In this document: one piece after another, positions 63,871 through 64,000 of the stretch
Layout of the letters: every line of letters starts with the position of its first letter
Numbering within the stretch: position 1 is the stretch's first letter
Source of the DNA: Macrostomum lignano
Lineage: Eukaryota
Assembly (NCBI GenBank): GCA_002269645.1
Contig: NIVC01001891.1
Location: forward strand, 24,487 to 88,486
Direction: 5' to 3'
Length of the DNA: 64,000 nt
Made by a program: the position numbers and the translations under genes
The notes under the pieces: model-generated
Seen by the model: only the letters and a program-made list of their open reading frames with translations
Database searches by the model: none
What the model was told of the DNA's origin: nothing

Positions 63871-64000
63871 CAGCAATGGGTAATAGTATGATTTCGTGAA
63901 TATAAATAGATACTCGCTACTGATTAAGTAGTGTCACTTATTTATTGCTAAATACTACGTGGCGGATTTGCTAAATTGCTACAAAATCTGTCCATCGCCA

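Overview
This is eukaryotic (animal) genomic DNA with spliceosomal introns. The GC-rich, poly-Ala/poly-Gln-rich exons set in AT-rich, satellite-laden introns resemble a flatworm such as Macrostomum (inference only). Host genes: two tandem DEG/ENaC channel genes on the minus strand (one complete, 620 aa; one running off the left edge), a 3-exon MATH-BTB-BACK (SPOP-like) gene, a 3-exon FoxJ1-like gene, and a divergent PP2A scaffold (A subunit)-like gene with apparent frame defects. The main mobile-element structure is a three-level nest at 19.4-28.5 kb. A full-length APE/RT/RNase H LINE is split by a 4.1-kb P-superfamily (THAP9-like) transposon with 44-bp TIRs and an 8-bp TSD. That transposon's transposase is in turn split by a 375-bp 5'-truncated LINE end, whose (CAA)n tail landed in a (CAG)n poly-Gln tract with a 14-bp TSD. 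Both insertions can be removed in silico to restore the frames exactly. Other highlights: the FoxJ1-like recognition helix reads SAVRYNLT instead of NSIRHNLS; the two ENaC exon-1 copies are about 99% identical while the exon-2 3' halves have diverged; there is a long-TIR foldback element with a nested MITE, a Tc1/IS630-like deletion derivative, tRNA-derived SINEs and many tandem arrays. All splice structures and TSDs were read by eye; no database searches were run.
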